Shown here: positions 49,396-57,833 of the stretch, piece after piece
Numbering within the stretch: position 1 is the stretch's first letter
Layout: each line of letters begins with the position of its first letter
Source: Nitrososphaeria archaeon
Lineage (GTDB): Archaea; Thermoproteota; Nitrososphaeria; JACIWG01
Direction: 5' to 3'
Assembly (NCBI GenBank): GCA_029776065.1
Contig: JARVJP010000011.1
Coordinates: 24,662 to 88,661, forward strand
DNA: 64,000 nt
Made by a program: the position numbers and the translations under genes
Notes under the pieces: model-generated
Told to the model about the DNA's origin: nothing
Seen by the model: the letters and a program-made list of their open reading frames with translations, nothing else
The model's database searches: none

Positions 49396-51170
49396 TAAGT
49401 TCCACCTATAACATTTCTGATGATCTGTGTAATATGTTCCATTTCAAGTACACAGACTGATGCGATGACTAAAGCTAAAGCTATTGGTATAGTGTTCTCA
49501 TATGTGCCTTCTTGTACGTATTTTGAAATGAAGGCGTTAGAAGCGGTTGCTATGATTATCATTTGGTAGATCCATTCCTTTTGAGTTTGTGTGATCGTTA
49601 ATGGTAAGATCTGTGTTTCTGTAATATTCCCTGTGACGATCTCTGCTAGTGCGAAAATCGATGCTGTGACAAATGTGAATAGTAGTGGTGAAAGGTAGGT
49701 TAGGTATGTTGCTAAGCTTGTTTCTTTTTTCACTCTATCCTTTTCTGTTTTGGTGTCTTCAATTAGATTAGCTAGTTCCATTAATATATCTGTGTTTCCT
49801 CCTCCGCTTTTTTGCATTAGGTCGATGTTATCGAATACGTAGTCGACTAACCATATTCCTGTAGTAGGGTTCACATTAGTAGCGTTGAATGTTAGTCTGT
49901 TTTTTATTTGATTAAGTAGGTCTGAGAATCTTTTGTTATACTTATTCTCTTTGTCTGTTAAAGCTATTCCTTGGTATATGCTTTTTCCAGCTGCTTTATA
50001 GTCTGCTATATTTCTTATAAAGTTTGGTAGTGGTTCTTCTAGTTCTTCTATCTCCTGTAATCGTCTCTTTCCTCTGTACCCGTAAAGAAATGCGAATGTT
50101 ATTATAGATATTGCGGTTGAGAACCATATACTATTTGATAATAAGTAGGAAGTTAGTAACATTGTTGTGGCTAGTGAAATTTCGAGCATCTTTGGCTTTA
50201 ACTTCACGTTTCCTGTACCCATCTTAGGTTTTATGCCTTCTATCACTAAAACGACTGTGAAAGTGTATACTATAAGGAAGAAGGTCGTTAAGATCTGGGC
50301 TATCGATGTAGCTTGTGATCCAATTGAGGCGGAACCTATTATCACAGTAGGTAGTATGACGGTGAGTATTAGGTTGACTTCAGAAATCATAAGTGCCTTT
50401 TCTATGTAGCTGGTGTTTCTTGCTTTAAAGTCTTGTTTTATGATTTGTAGCTGGTGTTCTAAATATCGTAACAGGTTTCCTCCTGTTGCGTATAATCCTG
50501 CGTATCCATCAAGAAACCTTCTGTAGAGTACTGCTTTAGTTGTTGAAGACCTTGCCCTAAGCGACGTGTAGAGGTTCTGAGTGTGTATCATTAAATCTGT
50601 TAAAATGATCTTTGACTCTGTTCTTATCCATCTAAAGATGTCTCTACCCATTACATGGTTGAAGGTTTGATCTATATTCTGCCCGCTTTCTTGGTATATG
50701 TATGTGGTAAAGATGAAGAAGGGGAGCTCGTTATTGATTGCCTTATCTCTCTCGCCTTTTATTGCAAGGTAATCTATATATGGATAAAATATTGTTAGAA
50801 AGCCTGTTAGTCCTATAAATATCATAAACATGTTTTTGAAGATTAATGTTAGAATGGCTGAGACTACTAATGTCAATGCTCCTAATATTATCGAATTGTA
50901 TACGACCTGTTCTATGTAATCTAATAATCCTTCTGAGCCTTTTTCTACTCCCGCATTTTTGTATCGGGGAATAAGGTCTGCGGCTATGTCGTAGACTAGT
51001 TTTCTGATTTTTGGGGAATTAACTATTTTTTCTTTTAGGTTGAACTTTACCATCTTTTGGCGTTTTATGAGATTCGGGTACCTATCTAATAGAAGGATGA
51101 CCATGTTCACCAAGGTGGTTAAGGCCATCACGTAAAGAAGTACTTGGTTAGGCTCCATATCTTCCACCAT
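49395..51170 (-). CDS. T4P/archaellum membrane platform protein (TadC/ArlJ-like, duplicated T2SSF)
   Basis: INNELPFF, TGGNL, EEPLPNFIRNI..AG and SGG motifs; multi-TM. Confidence 0.85.
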   Translation of the reverse strand: MVEDMEPNQVLLYVMALTTLVNMVILLLDRYPNLIKRQKMVKFNLKEKIVNSPKIRKLVYDIAADLIPRYKNAGVEKGSEGLLDYIEQVVYNSIILGALTLVVSAILTLIFKNMFMIFIGLTGFLTIFYPYIDYLAIKGERDKAINNELPFFIFTTYIYQESGQNIDQTFNHVMGRDIFRWIRTESKIILTDLMIHTQNLYTSLRARSSTTKAVLYRRFLDGYAGLYATGGNLLRYLEHQLQIIKQDFKARNTSYIEKALMISEVNLILTVILPTVIIGSASIGSQATSIAQILTTFFLIVYTFTVVLVIEGIKPKMGTGNVKLKPKMLEISLATTMLLTSYLLSNSIWFSTAISIITFAFLYGYRGKRRLQEIEELEEPLPNFIRNIADYKAAGKSIYQGIALTDKENKYNKRFSDLLNQIKNRLTFNATNVNPTTGIWLVDYVFDNIDLMQKSGGGNTDILMELANLIEDTKTEKDRVKKETSLATYLTYLSPLLFTFVTASIFALAEIVTGNITETQILPLTITQTQKEWIYQMIIIATASNAFISKYVQEGTYENTIPIALALVIASVCVLEMEHITQIIRNVIGGT

Positions 51171-52716
51171 AGAATCCTATTAAAAGTGGGTGAAGTTGAT
51201 TAAACGTGTTGATTCTTTGATCGACTAGTTGTGTTATGAAGTTTCGCTTCCTTCTGAGTTCATTTAATGTGTCTTCGTCGTCTTCTAGCTTTTTTAAAAG
51301 CTTGCTTCTTTTGTAAAATTCGTCGATTCCTTTTCCATCTAGTACATCTTCATAAGATGTCAGGATCTTTATTGACGATGTTCTTCCATTTCTGAAGATA
51401 GGTTCCTCAATAGAGCATATTCTTTTTACTTGTTTCCCGTTGGCAAGTTTTATATTGGATAGAAATACCACGCATCTGATTGTTTGTAAGAATGATTCAC
51501 CTACTGAGAGAGGTTTTCCTTTCATTCTGCTTAGGAGTTCTTCCAAATTTCCTGCATGGAATGTTGTTATGCAGCCTAACCCTGTTCCAGCAGCTTGAAC
51601 AAGTGCTTGGATTTCTGCCCCTCTGACTTCACCTAAGGCTACATAATCGGAAGAGGTTCTTAGCGAAAGTATGGTTAGCTCCATTAGCCCGATATCTTGA
51701 CATGAACTTTGTCCTACTCTTCTAGAAATTAAGCGTTGCCAGTTTGGCCTATTTCCAATAGCTATCTCCGCGGCATCTTCTATGGTAAGTATCTTACTTG
51801 ATGGATCAGTTAGTTGAATAAGAGTTGAAAGGAGAGTGGTCTTTCCTGAACCCATTGGGCCACTAATTATAATAAACTGTCTTTTTTCTAAGACATGCCA
51901 TAGATATGCCGCGATGTCTTCATTTATGGTTTTGTTTACGACGATCTTCTGTATTGTCCAGGGTTGTGATGGAAACTTTCTTATTGAAAAAGTAGATGAA
52001 GGTAGCGAAATTTCTGTCTTATATGTTAGCATGATTCGGTGGCCCTCTTTAGTGATTATCTCTATGTGAGGTGACAGAATGTTAACCCCTCTACCATACA
52101 TTGAAGCGATTTTTTGTACAATAGTATCTAATTCCTCTTCAGAAAGAGTTATGTTCGTGGCCATCCAATTGTATTCAGAGTACTCTCTGTGCTTAACGAA
52201 GATTGGTTGATTGTATGAAGAGCAAGAAATATCTGAAAGGTTATCATCAGAAATAAGCGGTTGGACTAAGCTATATCCCAGTATTTCTCTAGCAATTATC
52301 TCAGAAAATAAAGCTACCTTTTTGTCATCGACTTTTATGTTGATTTCTTTTGAAATTTCTAAGATCTTTTTTTCTAAGGCCTCCAAATAACGTATTCTAT
52401 CGAAGTCTTTTGTATCCATTGAAGAAATTATGTATCCGAGTATTACCCTAAATTGTTCTTTATCGGTCTCGTTTAATGCTGGTTCCTCAACAAGGTAGTA
52501 GCTTTGGCCTTTTGCCTCTGCTATGTAGATCTTAGGTCTGTATTCCTTTCCAAGTTCAAGGAAGTAAGATTCTATGATCTTGTAATCATTGTCTTTTTGG
52601 ATAGTTGTTAATTTTATTTGGTTTCCTTCACTTTGTTTATATAAATTCTCTTTGAACCTATTTTGTGGCTCTTTAGAAAATATGCTTGTGATTAAACCTC
52701 TTCTTTCTTTAATCAT
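51148..52716 (-). CDS. T2SS/T4P assembly ATPase (VirB11/ArlI-like)
   Basis: STFSIRKF, GPMGSGKTT, TIEDAAE, LGEVRG and TTFHA motifs. Confidence 0.93.
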   Translation of the reverse strand: MIKERRGLITSIFSKEPQNRFKENLYKQSEGNQIKLTTIQKDNDYKIIESYFLELGKEYRPKIYIAEAKGQSYYLVEEPALNETDKEQFRVILGYIISSMDTKDFDRIRYLEALEKKILEISKEINIKVDDKKVALFSEIIAREILGYSLVQPLISDDNLSDISCSSYNQPIFVKHREYSEYNWMATNITLSEEELDTIVQKIASMYGRGVNILSPHIEIITKEGHRIMLTYKTEISLPSSTFSIRKFPSQPWTIQKIVVNKTINEDIAAYLWHVLEKRQFIIISGPMGSGKTTLLSTLIQLTDPSSKILTIEDAAEIAIGNRPNWQRLISRRVGQSSCQDIGLMELTILSLRTSSDYVALGEVRGAEIQALVQAAGTGLGCITTFHAGNLEELLSRMKGKPLSVGESFLQTIRCVVFLSNIKLANGKQVKRICSIEEPIFRNGRTSSIKILTSYEDVLDGKGIDEFYKRSKLLKKLEDDEDTLNELRRKRNFITQLVDQRINTFNQLHPLLIGFYGGRYGA

Positions 52717-52904
52717 CTACAAATAAATGTGATTATTTTTCTTTTAAGCAAAAAAGGAGGGATGCCGTTTCCTATAGTTTTATGGTACTTCTGTGTTCTT
52801 TGATCGATATAATACATAACTACTGTAGTATGTAGCTAGTTTCTGTGTTGTTATTGGGGTACTTGTGTAAGACATGGCTCAACGCCTTAGCATTCATCAA
52901 ATTC

Positions 52905-53327
52905 CTATGGTTTCGCTGTTGTTGTATATGTTGTAGTGTAGACTCCTTGGCCATTTTCGTTTAGGGCGGTGAGGGCTATTGTGTATTGTTTACCTGCTAC
53001 AACACTTTGCGTATTGATTGTTAACACGGTCTCCTTTCCAGGTGAAAGTTGAATGTCTAGGTTTGTCGAACTACTATCAATTGTAACGCTCATATTGGCT
53101 ACATTGGTTGTCCCAACATTTTTTACAATTATGTAAGCTTTGTTTTGTGTGGCTATGATATCTGCTTGCTCTATTATGATCTTAGTGGTTCCCGACATAT
53201 TTAATGAATAGTTATTGTACAGTGAGAAGGCGCCAATGGCTGTTGTAGAAGCTAGGAGAAGAAATATCATCTCTGTTAGGACACGGCTTAAACCCTTTCT
53301 CTTCCTGAATCTATTTTTTGTTGTCAT
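52905..53327 (-). CDS. Archaeal type IV pilin
   Basis: RKRKG|LSRVLTEMIFLLL class III signal; VKNVG and LSPG motifs. Confidence 0.85.
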   Translation of the reverse strand: MTTKNRFRKRKGLSRVLTEMIFLLLASTTAIGAFSLYNNYSLNMSGTTKIIIEQADIIATQNKAYIIVKNVGTTNVANMSVTIDSSSTNLDIQLSPGKETVLTINTQSVVAGKQYTIALTALNENGQGVYTTTYTTTAKP

Positions 53328-53416
53328 GTAATAAATTTATTGCTCTTTTATGATTTTTAAGGAGGGTTTTAAAGGTGCTTTTAACCCTTTTTTTATAATT
53401 AACTTTTTGATAGAAC

Positions 53417-53758
53417 TTGAAGCTGGTCTTTGATGAACTTATTTGCCTAGTGGTTTTAGTTTTAATTCTAAGCCAGTTTCAGTTTAACTCATCGAATGTG
53501 TTACCAGATCGTGCTATGGAGGTAGAGTTGGTTGGAACCTTCATCTTCAACAACAGTACTTCAATTTTTATTAGGAATGTTGGTTCATTACAAGTTGACG
53601 TAATAGGTGTATTAATAGATGGCATATACTTCCACTTAGACCCTATGGTGAACATTTACCCAGGTGTCATATCTAGAGTTGTTTTAGACCAAATTACTCT
53701 CAGCCCTGGTTCTATTCTAGTTTTCTTCGATGGAGGCGGTTGTTGCAGGGTGATGTAA
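53417..53758 (+). CDS. Pilin-like accessory protein
   Basis: N-terminal hydrophobic helix; IRNVG...IDG...IYPG pilin-type beta domain. Confidence 0.65.
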   Translation: MKLVFDELICLVVLVLILSQFQFNSSNVLPDRAMEVELVGTFIFNNSTSIFIRNVGSLQVDVIGVLIDGIYFHLDPMVNIYPGVISRVVLDQITLSPGSILVFFDGGGCCRVM

Positions 53759-54166
53759 TTGAAAAAAGGCCTATCCACAGCCTTAACCTCATTAATCATT
53801 CTATCTTTGACGATTGCTTCATCAACCTACCTGTTGGCTGTATTTATGCCATGGTTTGGCAGCATAACAATAATCAAAGCTCCTAGGCCTTCTTATGAAA
53901 TTGATTTTATCTCTATTCAAGAGGGTACGTCATCAGTCGAAATACTTCTATACAATAATGGGCCAACATCTTGGAAGGTCGATGAAGTTATATTCGACAA
54001 CGTTTCAGTCCCATTTACCGTCAAATTTGCTAACCTAACAGAATCTAATGATAAGATGATACTTCCAAATGGTCTCACAATTTTAGTAGCCACGGCACCT
54101 CTCTCAGGTTATGATGTAATCTACCTTAAATCTGAAGGGAAGATTTTAGTTTTCTATAAGATATGA
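53759..54166 (+). CDS. Archaeal type IV pilin
   Basis: MKKG|LSTALTSLIILSL class III signal; LYNNG and ILPNG motifs. Confidence 0.8.
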   Translation: MKKGLSTALTSLIILSLTIASSTYLLAVFMPWFGSITIIKAPRPSYEIDFISIQEGTSSVEILLYNNGPTSWKVDEVIFDNVSVPFTVKFANLTESNDKMILPNGLTILVATAPLSGYDVIYLKSEGKILVFYKI

Positions 54167-54357
54167 GGAGTATGCCAAGGCCTGAAGTTAAAATTATAAT
54201 CATCTTCTTTGTGATCATTATTTCGGCGTTAAGCTTAATTTTCTTTATGCGAATTAGTCGGATTTCGATCTTGGTTCTAGTCTTCCTTCTCATCGAACTC
54301 ACTTTTATAAACGTTGTGACATTTACGAGCAATAGAAAAACAGAAAAGGATAATTAA
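54163..54357 (+). CDS. Small 2-TM membrane protein
   Basis: Overlaps the pilin stop (ATGA); two hydrophobic helices. Confidence 0.5.
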   Translation: MRSMPRPEVKIIIIFFVIIISALSLIFFMRISRISILVLVFLLIELTFINVVTFTSNRKTEKDN

Positions 54358-54381
54358 TTGAACCTTTGAAGCACCAAATAA

Positions 54382-54455
54382 GGGCCTGTAGCTCAGCCAG
54401 GTAGAGCATCGGACTTTTAATCCGAGGGTCGAGGGTCCGAATCCCCCCAGGCCCG
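54382..54455 (+). tRNA. tRNA-Lys (anticodon TTT), intron-less, CCA not encoded
   Basis: Acceptor GGGCCTG/CAGGCCC, D-arm GCTC/GAGC, anticodon arm TCGGA-CTTTTAA-TCCGA, T-arm GAGGG-TCCGAAT-CCCCC. Confidence 0.95.
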
Positions 54456-54614
54456 CTCTATTTAGGGTCAGAAAGGTTAGCCTACCATAAGATGATAACT
54501 AAAGAAAAGTACAAGCATCTTTTTGAAGGGGCTCTTTAATCTTAGGCTCTGTGTTTGATGAGAAGCTGGAATAGTGTTGTGTCAAAAAAAGAAGGGAAAG
54601 TTTTATAGAAATCT

Positions 54615-54677
54615 TTATGGGTTCTTTTGCTCAGCAGGTTGCTGCTGAGGCTGCTCCTTCTTTTTTTTCTTAGCCAA
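54615..54677 (-). CDS. Candidate 20-aa small peptide MAKKKKKEQPQQQPAEQKNP
   Basis: TTG start, TAA stop, strong TTATATA box about 30 nt upstream and a T-run downstream. Confidence 0.35.
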   Translation of the reverse strand: MAKKKKKEQPQQQPAEQKNP

Positions 54678-55013
54678 GAAGGTCAGGTTGGCAATGGAAA
54701 AGTACGTTATATATAAGTTTTGTTTTCCAAATTCGTTTACCTTATGTTTAAAACACGGCTTTAGTGGAGTGCGGCGGAGTCTAGAATATGGTATTAAAAA
54801 CGTGTGAAAGCAATTTTTGCGTATTATTTAGCCTTCTAGAAGCTGTTAAAGTTTCTGTATGCATTCTAAGGATATCAGTTTACCATTAGAAATGTCTGCA
54901 GCCTTCTCATCTTAGGGCTTGGTGTAACTTAATAGCCAATAAAGCTTTCATTTGCCAAGTTTAATATAGACTTCTGCTTTCTTAACTAATAGAAACGCTT
55001 AAATGGAAAGCTA

Positions 55014-55034
55014 TCCCACTTTATAGCTGTGGGA
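55014..55034. promoter_or_regulatory. Inverted repeat TCCCAC-N9-GTGGGA, probable TA operator
   Basis: Lies immediately upstream of the antitoxin start codon. Confidence 0.5.
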
Positions 55035-55036
55035 AA

Positions 55037-55279
55037 TTGGAGGAGACTCAACTTAAGATCGACTCTAAAGGTAGACTCTACATTCCACCAGAAATAAGGG
55101 AACAGATTGGAGAGACAGCTATACTCAAGAAAACGGATGAAGGATACCTAATAGTTCCTGGCAAGCCTAGAAATTTCTTAGACAACTTCAATAAAGTTAT
55201 AATATCGAAGCCCACTAGAACAGGCAAACCCGAAAACTGGCCACCATCAAAGATGAAGAGAATATGGTGTACAACCTAG
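55037..55279 (+). CDS. AbrB/MazE-type antitoxin
   Basis: KIDSKGRLYIPPEIRE swapped-hairpin motif; upstream of a PIN toxin. Confidence 0.87.
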   Translation: MEETQLKIDSKGRLYIPPEIREQIGETAILKKTDEGYLIVPGKPRNFLDNFNKVIISKPTRTGKPENWPPSKMKRIWCTT

Positions 55280-55280
55280 A

Positions 55281-55712
55281 ATGATTATAGGACTGGATAC
55301 TAATATCGTATGTTATTCGCTCGACTCAGCGTATCCTGAGCATGAAAAACTCAAGAACCTGTTAATCAGCCTCTCCCCAGAAAACCGTGTAGCCATTAAT
55401 CCTACAATACTACATGAGATATATCACACTCTTGTCTTTGGCCAAAAATGGGTTCCTAGCGAAGCTGTGAGAAGGTTGAAAATGCTGTTGGAGCATCCAT
55501 ACATCGAATTTTTTAATCAAACAAAGAAAACCTGTATTATAGCACTTAATTTAGCCTTGAAACATAAACTAGGAGGAAGAGACGCTCTAATAATAGCTAA
55601 CTTCATTACGAACAAAATTCCTATTATCTACACCAATGATCAAGAACTTCTCGTCTTAAAAAGAATTGTCTGGAAAGACTTCTATGTAGCCTTTAAAAAT
55701 CCTTTAGATTAG
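55281..55712 (+). CDS. vapC: PIN-domain toxin (VapC family)
   Basis: LDTNIV, HE, RDALIIA and YTND motifs. Confidence 0.88.
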   Translation: MIIGLDTNIVCYSLDSAYPEHEKLKNLLISLSPENRVAINPTILHEIYHTLVFGQKWVPSEAVRRLKMLLEHPYIEFFNQTKKTCIIALNLALKHKLGGRDALIIANFITNKIPIIYTNDQELLVLKRIVWKDFYVAFKNPLD

Positions 55713-56315
55713 AGTTGGCAATGTGAAGGAAAGCTGCTAAAGCATAGGCTTCATCTGGATGTATTTGGATAAGTGTGGTTTGTGCTAATCTTTTCCTCAT
55801 TATGTTTTAGCATGCTGTTGTGGTAATGTTTGTGTTAAAGTGGTGTAAGGTCCAACTTTTAGACCTTTCCCCCATGAAATTGGTAGAATGACGACTTAGA
55901 GACTATGGCAGTTAACCTGAAACTGCTCTGATCAAATAAGCTTACGGATTGTTGGTTGGTGAGATTCATATATAGTATTTCAAGTAAACTTTTAATACAA
56001 CTATATTAAAACAAATGTTTTATAAAGTAGTTGCTTTAATCGAGTAAATAAGCATAACTCTGACTACCTGATAAATAGTCAAAGGAGGCTTGTGAGGGAA
56101 AAAAAGGCTTTTATAGCTTAATATCTTTAATTAAGAGTAGTAATATCTATCCAAGAACGAATATATAAATTACTAGTTCGATTATTTAGTAGCATCGAGG
56201 AAGGTTTAAACTAAAAGAATTTTTCTCTGTCAATTTTTAAACATAATGAATATACTTTACATTTCTTAAATAAAAAAAATTTAATAATTCTTATTCAGTT
56301 GATTATGGAGGGATA

Positions 56316-57644
56316 TTGTTGGAAATATCAAATTTTAAAAGGTCTGAACAGTTATTAGAACGCGCTTTAAAGGTGACCCCTTATGGAGTTCACAGTATGG
56401 CCAGAAGTACTCTAACGAGTGGTAAAGTGTCCGGTTTTCCTATTCAATGTCCAAAATTCTTTAATAAAGCAAAAGGTTCAAGGGTCTTTGATGTGGATGG
56501 GAACCAATATACCGACAACCTTTTAGGGCTGGGGCCTATAATACTGGGGCACTGTCATCCTGGAGTTAATGAGTTTGTAAAAGAACAGATCGAAAAAGCA
56601 GATATGTTTGGTGCAAATAGTGAAATTGAAGTAGAGCTTAGTGAAAAAATTGTTAAAAATGTACCTTGTGCAGAAAAAGTAATTCTCTTGAATACAGGAA
56701 CGCAAGCTAATACTATGGCTGTAAGAATGGCTAAATCTTACACTGGAAGAGAGAAAGTCATAAGATTTGAAGGTCATTATCATGGGTATTGGGATTGGAG
56801 TTTATTTGATCGTGTGCCTGTGGGAAAATGGCGATATGCAGGAATATCTAAGAAGGTAGTTGAAGAAAATATAATTTTGCCATGGAATGATTTAGATTTG
56901 GTGGAGCGTTTTCTAAAAGATTATGGAAATGAAATTGCAGCTATAATATGCGAACCTATTGTGTTTAATTGCAACGCTATAATGCCAGAACCTGGTTTTC
57001 TTGAAGGTTTACGAAAAATTACTAAAGACTATGGTATTGTGTTGATATTTGATGAAGTTGTGACAGGGTTTAGAGTAAGTTTAGGCGGTTTCCAAAGTAA
57101 GTTTGGTGTCATTCCTGATTTAGCAGCTTTTGGTAAAGCAATAGGAAACGGTTATCCAATAGCGGCACTGGCTGGTAAGAAAGAGATAATGGAAACTCGT
57201 AGTTATTATGGAGGAACATTTAATTCTCATCCTTTTTGTGTAGCCGCATCTTTGGCTACAATAACTGAACTTGAAAAGCCTGGAGTATACAAATACATAT
57301 ATGATATAGGAGAAACCATTATTAAAGGGCTAAGAGATGCTATCGAAGACACTGGTATTGAAGCGATAGTGCAAGGCGTAGGCTCTTGCTTTGCAATTAC
57401 CTTTACAGAACTAAAAAAAATTAAAAACTATCAAGAAGCGCACATGCCGAGTGTAATTCCCCATGATATAAGAGCCGTAGTCTTTTACCAAGAAATGATA
57501 AAGAGAGGTATTTTAAATAACGTAGCAAATGGTTTCCGTTGGTGTATATGTGCAGCACATACCAAAGAAGAAGCTAGTAAAACTATTGAAATAGCAGAAG
57601 AAGCTTTCAAGAAGGCAAAAAAGGTTATACTTTCAAGTCAATAA
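56316..57644 (+). CDS. Class III PLP aminotransferase (GSA-aminomutase-like)
   Basis: DVDGNQY, FEGHYHG, IFDEVVTGFR, FGKAIGNG and GGTF motifs. Confidence 0.92.
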   Translation: MLEISNFKRSEQLLERALKVTPYGVHSMARSTLTSGKVSGFPIQCPKFFNKAKGSRVFDVDGNQYTDNLLGLGPIILGHCHPGVNEFVKEQIEKADMFGANSEIEVELSEKIVKNVPCAEKVILLNTGTQANTMAVRMAKSYTGREKVIRFEGHYHGYWDWSLFDRVPVGKWRYAGISKKVVEENIILPWNDLDLVERFLKDYGNEIAAIICEPIVFNCNAIMPEPGFLEGLRKITKDYGIVLIFDEVVTGFRVSLGGFQSKFGVIPDLAAFGKAIGNGYPIAALAGKKEIMETRSYYGGTFNSHPFCVAASLATITELEKPGVYKYIYDIGETIIKGLRDAIEDTGIEAIVQGVGSCFAITFTELKKIKNYQEAHMPSVIPHDIRAVVFYQEMIKRGILNNVANGFRWCICAAHTKEEASKTIEIAEEAFKKAKKVILSSQ

Positions 57645-57833
57645 TCTATTTCTCCTAAAACCTTATTTCATAAATTTATTAATGTTAACTATTTGTGTTA
57701 GAATTTTTCTCTTCAATCGTTGATAAAACTATAAGATAAGTGTACAAGGATTCATCAAACTATATCTTTTTTTGTTATCATACTTTTCTTCCTGCCTACC
57801 AAATAGAGAACCAAAATAAAGAAAAAACTATGG

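Noticed and set aside
55888-55931. Second C/D-box sRNA (ATGACGA...CTGA with a GCAGTT/AACTGC hairpin)
   Set aside because: No terminal stem, no clear D'/C' pair and no rRNA match that I can recognise.
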